Both the position numbers and the translations under genes were made by a program. Positions 24,540 to 38,300 of a stretch of 64,000 nucleotides of DNA are shown piece after piece. Every line of letters starts with the position of its first letter. The first letter of the stretch is position 1. The DNA lies in contig NW_019091362.1 of the NCBI RefSeq assembly GCF_001949145.1, positions 1 to 64,000 on the forward strand, given 5' to 3'. The stretch is from Acanthaster planci. Its lineage: Eukaryota. Under the pieces are notes generated by a model. That model did no database searches. It was not told where the DNA came from and saw nothing but the letters and a program-made list of their open reading frames with translations.

Positions 24540-26480
24540 CATTCAATGGTGACTCGCGTGACAGTTGAACAAATGTTGAGTTTTAATGCATTACTGTTGC
24601 ATTACCATGTAATTAAGACAAGGCATTGTGAATGTATCTCTTAGTTTTTATTTGATAAATTTAAAATTTTAATTGTTTTTTTTATCACACTTTCTTTGAC
24701 GTGACTCGTGTGGCAGCATGGAAAAGGGCATTTTCATATCCCTTGATTCTAAAAGCATTTCCTATGAATCTACAAGTGTGGTAAAGTAAATTTTTACTGA
24801 ACTAAAAACTTAATACTCTGACCTAATCCATGCATGGGTTACATTGTGCCAAATCTCTCTTGTGAGAAATGGCCTGAAGAAAATGTGACTGGCGTGACAC
24901 AAATGCATGACTTGCGTGATGCAGTATAGCCTTTTCACTTTTACATTATAACTGTAATAAGAGTAAAACAAATCCGATTATAATATTCCATTATTAAAAA
25001 TGAAGTACCTGCTATTATCCCTTTACTTTGGCAGATGTTGGGGTGGATATCTATAGGCATTCAAAATTTACTTTTAACAAGCATATTAAATTCATAATAA
25101 CTGCCATAATTACATTGCACTACCTACATGATGCTGAATCTGCTTGGTAGGATGAAACTTCAGGAGAGAACTACCGGCATGTACATGTACATGTATACAG
25201 TAAAGCATGTACTTGTGTATGCATGTGGTATTGTTCTAAACTTTCACATGTGGATTTAGTGAAGATTTCACAGCCTACCTTCCACTTGGTAAAACAATGC
25301 TGTGTTCCAGAATTTTCTAGGAGTTTTCTATGTAGCAAAGGAGGGGTGACCGCATTAAACTAGGATTGGGTGTCTGAATACATGTATATGCTTGCCCATC
25401 TTACCTACATGTACTGTACAAGTACATGTGCCCATCATCATACTTTCATGTACATGTACATGTAATTGAGAGTTTCCAAAGGAAAGAGCTGCAATTAATG
25501 ATGTAGTTGTACAGGAATGTACACGGAGCATCATTTTTTGTTTTTGTTAAAATCTTTAATTTCATTAACCCTAGCCGCCAAGCAGATTGTTTGGCTTACA
25601 GTGCTCAGTACTACAAAATACTAAGTAATACATGTAGCCTGAGCCTGAAGGACCTAGTGCGACATATTTCTACTTCTGGCTAGGTTACTTCTTTTGTTCG
25701 TGCAGAGAACAATAAAGTCATGCATTCATAGTGCCACAGCACTGTATTGTACATTGTCTTTTCTATTGTATTTTATGGCTTCAGAGAAGAATACGGTCAT
25801 ATCCTCTTACAAGCGGCAGCACTGGTTACTACATTTTACTACAAGTAGTAATTTGTAGTACATGTATGATGTAGGGTTAGGATTCAATTTCGTGTTTTCA
25901 CAGTGCTTTTACACTCAAATTCAATTCCTGGTGTGTGACTCCCGTGACATACAGCTCATGTGTGACTCACGTGACACTCTTGAGTTTTTCTACACGGAAT
26001 GCAAAGCAAATAAGAATATTCATGCTTTTATTGATAGACCACTACTACTTGCTTTACAAACATCAAACACTAGCTGAATCCCTGTCTAGTTATTTATTAA
26101 TCTATAAATTTGACAAATTTTGTGACTTGCGTGACATATTTTGAGGGTGTTTTCAAGATGAAAACCTAAATAGATACAAAAAGCATTGGGAAAAATTTTC
26201 AGCGTTTTATCAAATAAACTGGAATAGCTACCTAATGTATGCAGATAAAGTAAAATCATATGAATGAGCTTCAGTTACTTTCTAAGTTTGTGATTTGTAC
26301 CCCTGCCACTCCTTTTTGACCACAAATTTCATCCATATTCAGGAGACTGTAACTTAAAAAAAAAAATTCTTTTCGAGATTTAGATGGTTTCAATATCCCT
26401 CTTATCAAATACAACTTGGAAAAATTTATTCCTTTCACTTCAATTTTTAAGTTTGATGATTAGCCTTCCATGGAATGACT
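24540..26480. repeat. Region with recurrent GTGACT(C/T/G)(G/C/A)CGTGAC motifs ending in a catggaatgac terminus; probable DNA-transposon relic
   Basis: Motif variants near 24549, 24701, 24885, 24907, 25935, 25962 and 26122; terminus resembles the adjacent MITE TIR. Confidence 0.4.
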
Positions 26481-29400
26481 GATAAGAGTCATTGCTCTAA
26501 CTTGTTGTCTCACCAATAATAGAGTATTCAACGATTGAAAGTTATTTACTAACATAGACGAACATCGGTTTATTTTCTATTTGCACTGAAATTGCAGTTA
26601 TGGTTTTGGTGTAGTTTTACTTATCTGGTTTGATCTTTTGAAGTTATATTGGGCAATGCTTTTTAAACATTTTACACAGATTTGGCGGGACAGAAATTCA
26701 ACATTAGTGCACGGACTATGTTCAAGCATTAGAGTCCGAAAAGATAGCCCACGCGTAATCCGACAGTCCCCCTGTTACTTGTTAATGTTACATCGTATCA
26801 CACCACTTCGCTGTGTCAGCCATGTTGGCAGCGACACGACGGGCGAAGCACAAGCGAAGCACACGTAAACCAGGCAGTCGTATTTGAATAATGACACTAA
26901 CCTGCACCGGGAAGGCATGGGTTACGTTCCACGAGACATTCGGGGGTAAACTAGCTGAGGTTAGGACCTGTTTCACCTATGTTTACATTGGATGCCCGTA
27001 TCCATCGCACATCGGCGAAACTAAACTAGAGAATCTCGGCTCAGTATGAATTGAGCTCGTAGAACTTTTCACCGTCAAAATGTGAAGACAAGTGTCACGT
27101 ACAGCATCAAACCCATTATGCAAATAGGAGCTTAAAGTCAAAGTTGAAGCCGATATTTGATCATATCAGTGTACAAAGCCCCGTATGTCCAAATCACGTG
27201 ATGTTAGGTACGAAATAAACTAGACTGGTTCCCATCGTAATGAATCAACTCAAAGCCTTTTTAACATGTGAAATGAAAAATGTTTGCAACGATCACAATC
27301 CAATCCAAACCAAATCTGTGCGATCTAACAAAACTCAGAACAACGCCCAAACTTTCGATTCGAACTACACCCATCAAGAAATTCTCTCCAAACTGCTCCT
27401 TCAACTCACATGCAAATCCCATGTGACACCAAGCTCTTGCTATTGTGGGTGGACGCACATTAGTCGCCCTGTTTAACCATGGAGCTATTTCGTTGTGAGC
27501 CGGGGTCCACAACACAGACAGGTGGGTCACAAGTCTAGCTTTTTTTATCAGACGTTTGTGTCTCAGCACGCACGTATGTAGTTTACGCATGTAATCATTG
27601 TCATGTTGCTCATTGTACTGAAACTATGCATTCTTTGTGACCAAAGTTTGTAGTGGGATTTATACGTGTTACTCTCGATAAAGCCATGGATTCGGATAGA
27701 ACTTCACCCCCACTTATATATTTTATATGGCTGTTTGTAATACATGTATTCAACCAATTTTCCTTTAACATTAACAGTCTTGTGATCGGTGTATTATTTT
27801 GCACTTTTCTCCATGTTTTAATTTTCCACTTAAATGATACAATTGCTCTTTTTCAATTGACAAGAAATGAAACGAAAAATTTAAAATGACCTATATTAGC
27901 ACAACCAGTCAAATATGTAAGATGGCATGCTTTTTCTCTTCTGGGAAGTCAAACCCACTTGTGTACTTGTGTAGTGTTCATGTATGCATGTACCCGTGGT
28001 ATTTTCACCAGTGAGAGAGAGAAAAAAAGAACGCTAAACAAATTGGCTGCTTGTTTGTCCTTTGTGCACCATTGAGAGTGTCAAAGTTCAATATGAGGTG
28101 AACGAATGCAGTTTCATCAGCTTGGTACTTTCCCAAGCCACGCAATTACACATCACTAGAGCCATATCAGTCACACTGCCAAATGCTGCAGTTTCAACTT
28201 GCAACTCGTTGTACTGTTGGCTTCAACTGTTCAAGTTCACGCATGGTCTAATTGATCCTTCATAGTCAGGGATACTGACGGGAAAACTGGTGTCATTCCT
28301 CACGAATAATTGTGTCGTTTCGAGCCAATCTTATTTTGTTTTCTGACGTTCAAGAACTTCCTACGGAATTCACACCCCAAAACATTTATTTTCAAAACTG
28401 AAGTTCCTTGCATCAAACCATGCATTATAATGTGTGAAAACGTAAATACACACTGCGGTGTGCTTCACTGCCACAATTCCACCATTATCGGGACAATGTA
28501 AGTTTGATATAGCTAGAAAAAATCTGAAATGCACAACATCGACAGAAGTATAGCAAGGCACGACCACTTTATGATAGTACCAGAAATACTATAATTTAAA
28601 TTTAAACCAACTAAATGAAAATATTACAAAATTTACAAGTTACATTAGAAAAGGAAGTAAACAATATAAGTAACCTTCACGAACTTAAAACCGTACCGGA
28701 ACAGAGACGAACAGGGGCATCGTGCATGCACAGGGGTGATGACAGCGGCCTCCCGTGGGGGACATCAGGTCCACGAGAATTATGGCGTTGGTGCAACACT
28801 CCCGGCTGACGGGGAAAGGTGTGAAAATTTAACATATTTGTTACAATAAATATGTGCCATTCATCTAGTTTTCTGGCCACAAGATTGGTTCTTCATTACA
28901 CTGTTAAGGATCAATAAACAGACCAGCAATCCTTGGAAAATAAATGTTTACTTGTTGCGAGATATTGACAGAATCAATTTGCTAATTTTGTCCATGCAAG
29001 CCGTATAAACCATGAACATTTCAAGGTTACAAGCAATTCAAGTTTCACAGGTTTTCAACATTGATTTGTTATTATTATTTATTTATTTGGCACAACACAA
29101 AACAAACAAAACAAAACGGAAATGCAATACAGAACGATACAATACACAGGACAAATGGTTAAACTAGGCACATGCCAAGAGTTGAAAATTTTTACTTAAA
29201 AACTGTTACCTAAGGACCTCCAACTCCGTGGATTTATAAATAAATGAATCACACAGAATAAATCTGGCTTTTACTTTTTTTAGGCTTCGTGACTCAACGG
29301 CGTATCTAGCTCGGCAAACCCCTTAGCCAAACGGGTATCCACAATCATCGGCATCATCCATACTCATGCCCAAAAGTTCAGTGGGCGTAAAAGCTCTAAC

Positions 29401-31519
29401 AAAAGGGAGTTTACACTCGAGTACACATGGTTTGAAGTAGCAACTCAAAAACAAAGCTTCCTATTTCATTTAAAGTTACATTCGATTCATAACCAAACAT
29501 CAATTCGTCCATTCCGCAGGCTGTTTTATACAATCAAAATAGAATACGGTAACTCATACAATCATATAACCTCTAATTCATACAGTAATAAACGATAAAC
29601 GTATCTAGTCCTGATTCTTAATTTATATAGTCATAAAGAATCCAGGTATACAATGTAATTATCGTGGTTTTGTTTCCCATAAGCATGGACTCCTGAAACC
29701 TCCAAAACAAATCACTGTTTGTTACAATGAGTAATATTGTAACGTCGCCGTTTTTGTGGATTTCGCACACGTCTGAAAAAGGGCACAAACGCTTGTCCTC
29801 CGGTGCAGTGGCTTGTGGCCTTTAATACTCCTCAAAACCGGTCTGTATCTCCTCTCGTATTCGCACCGAAACGAATCACACCAAAACACGTCTGCCAGAA
29901 GTGGCGCGAAAGCTGGGTTAAAACCCCTTGCTGCCACGTGGATTTTTCTTGAGCAAGACAAGATGCCGGCTCATTTTCAAGATTTTCCATTTTCAAAATT
30001 CTTCAAAAATTCATCATTTCATTTAATGGTCGTTTATACCAAAATGAAGGACTCTTTGGGTGCTACTCTAAAGCTGACAGGTAAATTCATTGACTCCTGA
30101 ATATTTCAACCGTATACCCAGCAAGAAATGAGACCGAGGGGTACCCCCCAACATGTCCAATCCCTATACACATTCCAGACTATTGTTACGTAACACATCC
30201 CCCCTGTGATATCCTAAGGCGTTTAGCTTAGAATGAGAGTGAGACATACACGCTGTTTTAGGTGGCTGTACTGCAGTCACGAGGAGTGCGTGACCCTTGA
30301 CCTTTAATGCTTTCCAAAGTATACGTACGGTGTCACAGTTTGGACATGTTTTAAGAATACTACACCCCCCCCCGATGTCTGAAAGGAATTCCCCAGATCA
30401 TACTGTCTCATACCTTGCTGCATATGTTCAGCCAAGCCTGCAGCCTTGGAAAAAGAGCCCAAATTGTGCGGCGTTACGTAAGATTCTTTTGTTCCCGAAA
30501 CCGGCACAGTGCACTGCTGATCTCTTTTCAATAGGGGCCAGATTAGCGTGCAGTGGTGCTGTGCGGCTCATCGCTGCGGTGGTGGAGAGCTTTTGTCCCC
30601 AGTGGTAATCCGCTCGCTCTAAATGCCTCTAACCGTGGTATGCTGTTTCAAAACGAGGTTGGATTATCTCCTCTATTCAGAGCGAAAAAATGTCGGTAAT
30701 GCCCAGCAGCTCAGTCTTTTGTGCTGAGCACGGTCTTTTGTTATAAGGTCCAACTCTTTTGTCCCAGTTCCCTGGCTCCCGGCTCTGCATATAAAGCCTA
30801 TGTACCTGAAAACGGGTCGCCCGGCAGGGAGTGGTTTTAAATTAACCCTATAAGCCCAAAGACCTCTTTGGTCGTTCATGGGACCTTTATTTACCAGGCA
30901 CAATTTAGCCACTTTTAGTGTATAGCACCCTCACCAGTCGAGATCATGAAAGGCCACTCTTGCAATGCCACTCCATTGACTAATAGTAATGATATCCAAA
31001 GAAGGAGAATATTACTTAAGCTGTTTTGGTAAAAATCGGGGGAAATAGTTACATACATGAAGTTTATTTTACATGTACATCACGTGTACAAACCCTCTTG
31101 AGACTGGTCCGAAATATTACATTTTCCTTTGTCTGGTCCCTGCAACTTTGTTACAACGAGAGTCGACTGTACCCTGTCGCTGCTAAAATTGACTTTCCTG
31201 ACCTCTGTCACAGGTTGGCTCTCGATTGTCATAGTCGAGACCTGTACCCGGTCCAATAATTTGTGTTACAAGGAAAATCTGCTCGAAAGAATCCAAACGG
31301 ACAGCTTCTTATGTTGATCCTCAAATAATCTTATTGCTAGAATACACTACAAATACAATCACTCAAAGTACATGGCGATATGCAAGAAATACCAACAATG
31401 GATGGACAGGCAATTAAAGACATACACTTAAATCGAGAACACAGGATTCAAAGCAATCCAATCAATAACTGGAAAAGGAACCAAAATGACTTATACAGAA
31501 AAAATGCAATCCCTTATAC

Positions 31520-31790
31520 AATCAAGAAATTAACAAAATAACTAAATCAGGCTTAGCTGTGATCTTGATCTTGCTTGATCCAACTTGACCATTGGACATG
31601 GGTGCCGCTCCAAATCCTTGGTAGTCCTTCGCTAGGTCAAGAGACTCACAGATCCAGCGTGGTGAAGGGGAAAAGGGTCTAAGTGAAGACGGTAGAGAGA
31701 CGAACCGGGTCGGCTCCCGAAAGCGACATGACCTATGGGCAAATACCCTGCACCAACAGAGCACACAGGTCTGNTGGTCGGGGGGGCATC
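31520..31790 (-). mobile_element. Possible decayed DIRS-type tyrosine recombinase fragment
   Basis: Across frames, RPVCSVGAGYL...GSRPGS and LDLAKDYQGFGAAP weakly recall CPV.AL..YL..RG..PGPLF and Y.GHSFRIGAAT. Confidence 0.25.
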
Positions 31791-31899
31791 CAATGTTGCA
31801 TTAAAGGCTGGTGCACGGCGAGGGCAAACCATTGCAACATTGGAATGGGGGGGTGGTCGATGGGGGGGGGCAAACTACCCAAGTCTGTGTTAACACTCA

Positions 31900-33061
31900 C
31901 TGTGAAATGTTTCAAAACATGGCATTAGACACATTGGTTTCTGGCAATTCTTACAAATCATACGAGTCTGCTTACAACACAGTTTCGTTTTTGGCCTTGC
32001 CTACTTCTTCCGGGATAATGTCCATTTGAAAGGAGTGCAGTTTCAGGGACATATGGTGTTGAGTTGCTCGTCCTGCAGGCGGACAACAGTTCAGCGATGA
32101 CCTGGACCCGGAAATCCAAGCTAGTGAGCAGGCGCTTTGTGGGGATGCTGTTGAACACGATGGTAGCTCTCACCAAACAGATTTGCAAAGAAAACGCGTT
32201 TCCACCATTTCAGGGATCTATGATGATACGTGTAGTACTGACACATTTTGTGAATCTAAGTCACTTCCGGCCATGTACTCATTATAATCGTTGACGACGG
32301 CAGGTCTTTGGATTGTACGACGTCCAGTGGAACTTGTTTTGCAATAAATGTCTTCAGCGTCACTTTTGCAGTCGTCATAATTAGTCAGAACTGTTACACG
32401 TTTTTTGGCATCCTGCCAAACAACGCATAGTTGCCCCGCTTTGAAGAAAAACTGGGGTGGATCATGTCGGTTCATTGGGACCTTCTTAGGTCTACTGTTT
32501 GGAATGCCTTGTGTAGTATAGTGCAGTTCCACGAGCTCCAAAGCCTAGCTGGGACAACTTGTGCACAAGAGCGGGGCTAGTGTAACAGTTGCCCATGAAA
32601 ACAACACGTCCCTTGCTTTCCAGTCCTTTCAGTAGGTCGATGACAACTTGGCCTGATGCTGTAAGGTTGGATGGATGGCTGGCTTCAGCATACGCAACAG
32701 AGTGGGGGATAATATGGTCCGATGGAGCCTTGGATCCAGTAGACACCTTCCAGTCACATGTATAACCGGTTGCAGACTCGATCAAGGAAAAATATTTCAA
32801 GCCATATTTGGCCGACTTGCTTGGTATGTACTGTTTAAAACCGAGTCGACCATTAAACTTTATCATAGTCTCATCCGGTGAGAGGTTTCGTCCGGTCTTA
32901 TAGATGCTACGAAACAACGGAACTACAATGTCCAGTAGCGGACGAAATTTAGACAGTTTGTCACGGGAAGATTCGTCTGCTGTGTTGTCAGCAAGGTGGA
33001 GAAATCGAAGGAGTGCCATAAATCGGTTGCGAGACATTGTCAACGGATACAAATGCTCCAT
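31900..33061 (-). mobile_element. Degenerate piggyBac (PGBD-type) transposase
   Basis: MSRNRFMALLRFLHLADN, DKLSKFRPLLD, LSPDETMIKFNGRLGFKQYIPSKSAKYGLK, VFMGNCYTS (catalytic D replaced by G), WQDAKKRVTVLTN, PAVVNDYNEYMAGSD, SLKWWKRVF and a Cys-rich tail; several frameshifts. Confidence 0.9.
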
Positions 33062-33444
33062 ATTTTTGGTAGCCTTGTATTTCTGACCAACAATTCATAA
33101 ATTGACTTTAAATTATAGGTTCGTTCTATTGGAAGCTTTACTCAAAACTAGAGCAAGTTCAAAAATACCTGCCGTGTTGGGATACAATTGTGACTCCTGC
33201 AATTTTCTTTATAATTTCCGTATATATATATCAAGGAATGAGGTTTGAGACACATAAACTGGATTTGATGTGATTATAAGAATTCTTATTTATTAAACCT
33301 CCGATTCAAACAATCCCTTTCAAGTTAGTCTTTGCGGATGATTGTTTTGTTTGTAACACAACCGTGTTTAGCAGTACTACCGCGGGATACTCCTACTCCC
33401 TCCCGCTTGTGCTCCTTCATTACACGATTTTTACATTCCCGTTG

Positions 33445-33848
33445 CTGGGTGCATTCCACCAAATGGTTGTATTTCTGCGTGCGAGCTCATTAGTATTTTG
33501 TGATCCCACGAGATTTTATAGTAAGACACGCCATAATCAGGAGGCATCATAGAAATATTTCTATAAATCCCGAATTTGGGACTGATAGATTCCAGTTCGG
33601 GGTATTTCTTTCACAAAAAGCCACAAATTGCGGGCCTCTTTTGGATAGAGCCTGGCGGCTACATTCAGAAATGAGCGCTTAGTTTTACTGCTGTTTTGGG
33701 GGTATCTTCCTTGAAAGAGGAATAAAAAAATTTTCGTGACTAACTCCCATGAAACTAAAACGAAAAGTGATCTTCTGGCCATAATCTTGAATTTCCAATT
33801 AAAAAAACGGGGGCCAACCTCTTCATGAGAGTCAACAGGCGGCGCTTA
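33445..33848 (-). repeat. Dispersed repeat, inverted copy of ~54130-54535
   Basis: catcatagaaatatttctataaatccc...ggccaacctcttca is reverse-complementary to 54130-54535. Confidence 0.85.
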
Positions 33849-34104
33849 TTTGGTGTATAGTGCAACCTGCTGGCATTTTGGTCTATGTGCCAATGAGGAA
33901 CATTGGTAACAAAGTGACACTGAAATTGTAGCCTTAGAAATGTCCGCTACATAATAGGATTTGATCCCATTGTGAATGCACCACGATTAATTGAAGTTAT
34001 AATAACATGAGACAGACATTAATTTATTCAGTTTAATGATTGATGACAAGCACAGATGAGTTTGATGATATGCACAGAGATGAAGTTGTGAACTATTGCT
34101 GGTA

Positions 34105-35260
34105 TCCATCCATCCCATCCCTCCCTCCCCTCCCATCCCTCCCATCCCTCCCCTCCCNNNNNNNNNNNNNNNNNNNNNNNNNNNNNNNNNNNNNNNNNNN
34201 NNNNNNNNNNNNNNNNNNNNNNNNNNNNNNNNNNNNNNNNNNNNNNNNNNNNNNNNNNNNNNNNNNNNNNNNNNNNNNNNNNNNNNNNNNNNNNNNNNNN
34301 NNNNNNNNNNNNNNNNNNNNNNNNNNNNNNNNNNNNNNNNNNNNNNNNNNNNNNNNNNNNNNNNNNNNNNNNNNNNNNNNNNNNNNNNNNNNNNNNNNNN
34401 NNNNNNNNNNNNNNNNNNNNNNNNNNNNNNNNNNNNNNNNNNNNNNNNNNNNNNNNNNNNNNNNNNNNNNNNNNNNNNNNNNNNNNNNNNNNNNNNNNNN
34501 NNNNNNNNNNNNNNNNNNNNNNNNNNNNNNNNNNNNNNNNNNNNNNNNNNNNNNNNNNNNNNNNNNNNNNNNNNNNNNNNNNNNNNNNNNNNNNNNNNNN
34601 NNNNNNNNNNNNNNNNNNNNNNNNNNNNNNNNNNNNNNNNNNNNNNNNNNNNNNNNNNNNNNNNNNNNNNNNNNNNNNNNNNNNNNNNNNNNNNNNNNNN
34701 NNNNNNNNNNNNNNNNNNNNNNNNNNNNNNNNNNNNNNNNNNNNNNNNNNNNNNNNNNNNNNNNNNNNNNNNNNNNNNNNNNNNNNNNNNNNNNNNNNNN
34801 NNNNNNNNNNNNNNNNNNNNNNNNNNNNNNNNNNNNNNNNNNNNNNNNNNNNNNNNNNNNNNNNNNNNNNNNNNNNNNNNNNNNNNNNNNNNNNNNNNNN
34901 NNNNNNNNNNNNNNNNNNNNNNNNNNNNNNNNNNNNNNNNNNNNNNNNNNNNNNNNNNNNNNNNNNNNNNNNNNNNNNNNNNNNNNNNNNNNNNNNNNNN
35001 NNNNNNNNNNNNNNNNNNNNNNNNNCCCCTCCCTCTCTCCCATCCCATCCCTCCATCACTTCCATTCCATTCCATCCCTCCTATTCCATCCCTTTCATTC
35101 CATCCCTTCCATTCCATCCCTTCCATTCCATCCCTTCCATTCCATCCCATCCATTCCATCCCATCCATTCCATCCCATCTATTCCATCCCATCCATTCCA
35201 TCCCATCCATTCCATCCCATCCATTCCATCCCATCCATTCCATTCCATTCATTCATTCAT
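34105..35260. repeat. (CCATC/CCATT)n pentamer satellite spanning an assembly gap, just upstream of gene B's first coding exon
   Basis: Directly visible on both sides of gap 34158-35025. Confidence 0.9.
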
Positions 35261-35316
35261 TCACACACACCACATGCTGCAAAAATTTACTGATATTAAG
35301 AATCCATCATTGCAGT

Positions 35317-38300
35317 ATGGCTTTAAAGACGTATGCAGACTGGGAGGATGCTGTGAGAGTCGCCCAGGTCACCTATGACCACTCGCAGGCTAAGATGGTC
35401 ACAAAAACAAAGACGGTACGGAAGTCGAGGAAAATGGCTTTCCTCTCCGTGCTCTCACTGACCAAGGGTGGCGTTTCATCAAAGCAAAGCATCAACAAGC
35501 ACCCCACTTCTCCGCCAAAGAGGATAAAACAAAGAGTGAACAAATCCGCAGGAAAGATGTGGTATGTGTATATTTATTAAGGTGATATTATGAGGAAAAG
35601 AACCCCGAATGTTTTACAAGCATCGTGAAAAATTGTAATAGACGTCCTCTATGATATTTAATCTTCCCTTGGTGAACAGATCTATGACGCCGATCGTCAA
35701 CAGATTTTCCTGTGCTCTTAGCACAAAAGTCATTAAAGTGAATACTTGCTTTTGCAACTTTAACTGGCTTAATATTAAATTGTGCGCACGGTTGGGCATT
35801 AAATGTGTTGGTTTCTTACCTTTTCCTGTCCAGTGTGAAACAGGGAAGTGCGTGCTGCATACAGATAATAATTGATACTCCACTCGTGTCAACAGTTTGC
35901 CTGCAACTTCCTTCTTCAACCTCGATTCTAGCTGTGAAAGAACTACTTCAAGATAGGCTTGGAATCAGTCCTGAAAAACAACATCTTTGTACGAAGAGAG
36001 GATTTGAGGTCAGTGACAAAAACACAGTATACCATGCAATTAGTGCAGTTAGCAAATAATTTCGGTTTAGATCACTTTGAGTTTCTATTTTCAATAACTT
36101 CAGTATTTCCTATGCAAGCTGCACGAATTAGATGGGGTGTTATGTCAGTGGATTGAATATTTTTTGACTTAATACAATCAATTCTATTCAAACTGAAGTA
36201 GGCCTTTGGCTTCTAACAGCTGTTGCCATTGTGTAGCGGGTGCTCTATATCACCTGTGCATAAATCACATCTTCAATAAATCTTTAAATATCTTGCCGTC
36301 CCTATTTATTCAATGTTATCATGGCCTACGTGACAGTTGGTCTTTTTCGTGTGAACTGTCTTTTTCGACGGTGGTCTTGCAATCCCGCTACTGTTTATTG
36401 TTCTAAATGCACCCTCAACCCATTAAATTTTATTCGCAAAGAAACCACAGGAAAAGGTAGTAAGCTTGTACCCAATTGCTGGTCTAGACTTATACCCTAC
36501 TCTGCTGCCAAGGCCTTCTCACGCGCGTATATAAAAAAAAAAATTGGACTTGCAGTGCCTTGAATCAGCTTTTCGAGATCACTGAATCCAGTTACGGTCA
36601 CTTTACCTAGCCGAATACAAGGCTTGCCCGGCAATGCCCGCCTTTGTTCTCCCTTGCGTCAATAGAAGCGAGCCAACCCGCACATTCGTATTCGGCTCGG
36701 TAAAGTGGCCGCTTTTTCATACAAAGGCGTAGCAAGTCCAGGTTTTTATATACGTCCATGGGCTATCTAGAATTACCCAGTAACGTGCCTTCTGGAAAGC
36801 CACAAAGCTTCAAAGAAGTCCAACAGCATTTACAGGGTCGTTTATGGGTCACAGGCAGGGTCTGGGCAAGCTAGGCAGCGCTTGTGTGAACAACCTTGAT
36901 GACTGCCATCTGGAAGATGTTTGTACACATTCCCATGGGAATTGGCCAGACCCCAGCTCGGTTATATTTTTTCTGGCTAAGGGGAAGCCCCTATGTTTAC
37001 GGTGACTAAACCAGGCAGTTCGGCATGAAGGTAGGATATGAAAGGAGGTGATCATAGTTGGCCGTAAAATTTTCTTTCATCAAGTAATTAGCAGAAACTC
37101 CGTCTAAAAAAAGACGGTGGGCGCTCCACGCAGGGTTTCAAAAGTAATAATAATAGCTACATATATTTGTTATTTCTGGAACCAGCTCTGTGACGCACTT
37201 TCACTAGCGGATCACAGTATTCAGCAAAATGCCAACATAGAATTGCGCCTTGTCTCCGGCTTGATGGGTGGAACACGTTAGTATCCATTTACATTTTTTC
37301 AGTGTTTGCTTTAAATTGACTTTTAATGATTAATTTTGCTGTCAGGATACAAATTAGTTGTATTTTGAAGAGTAAGGGCACATCTCTTGCTTCAGAATAT
37401 GCAGACATCAGACGTAATATGTTCAGCCTCCCCTGGAAAAGATGTTGTGTATAATTTAGTTGTTGATCAATGTGACAATGCAGGGAAGCAAAAAGACAAA
37501 GCAGAGCAGCGGTCACCAGATTTTTCGAGTAAAGAAAGAATCCCTGATCATGGAAGACAAGATGATACTCAGCAAGACCCAACTGCACCTGATGAACAAC
37601 CATCATCCTGTACCAGCAACACATGGGAAAACACCGTCATGCAGGGCCACTCAGAAGGCATCACATTTGGGGAAGTACACTCACGTACCAATGTCTATGG
37701 TATGTATGTAGGGCCTATGTGTGCTTAAATTTAAAGATCTAAATTTACATAAGATGTAATACAGGAGAAATTATCGTTCACTAATTGATAGAGTTCGTCC
37801 GACATTTGAATTATTGCAACTGTCAAGTGCACTATTTCGATATCCAAAATAGGAGCTATCTGACGTATAATATGACCATAAAAATGTGGAGAAACTGAAA
37901 GGCATTTTCCGGTAAAATAATTTCAACGGCCAGTTTCCTTTGTACAGTAAGCAATAAATGTGCCTCTAAAATAAGCATGAAGCTTTATGATTATGACCAC
38001 GTGTTGGCTACTTATTCAAGAAAAGTTATATCTGTTTCTGAACCACACGATTTTGTGGTCGCACATCGGGAGGAAACAAAAAATTAATTTTATACAATTC
38101 TTCAACCTCAGAGCAACACTCTTTTGCACAGATTACTGAAGCTAAATAACTATTATTTCAACAGCATTACCAATTACTGCATGCGTTTCAAGAGATGACA
38201 GGATCGATGATTATTTGACAACAGCCGTAATCGATACCCTGAAACTACTGGCAAGTCAGTCTGGAGTGAATGATGTGAAAAAAATGTTCAACGACGTTTT

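Noticed and set aside
33748..33772. IRF/ISRE-like motif gaaactaaaacgaaaagtga upstream of gene B
   Set aside because: Lies inside a dispersed repeat, and such A-rich motifs arise by chance.
33987..35293. MGWNG/PFHSI-repeat proteins
   Set aside because: Translations of the CCATC/CCATT satellite.
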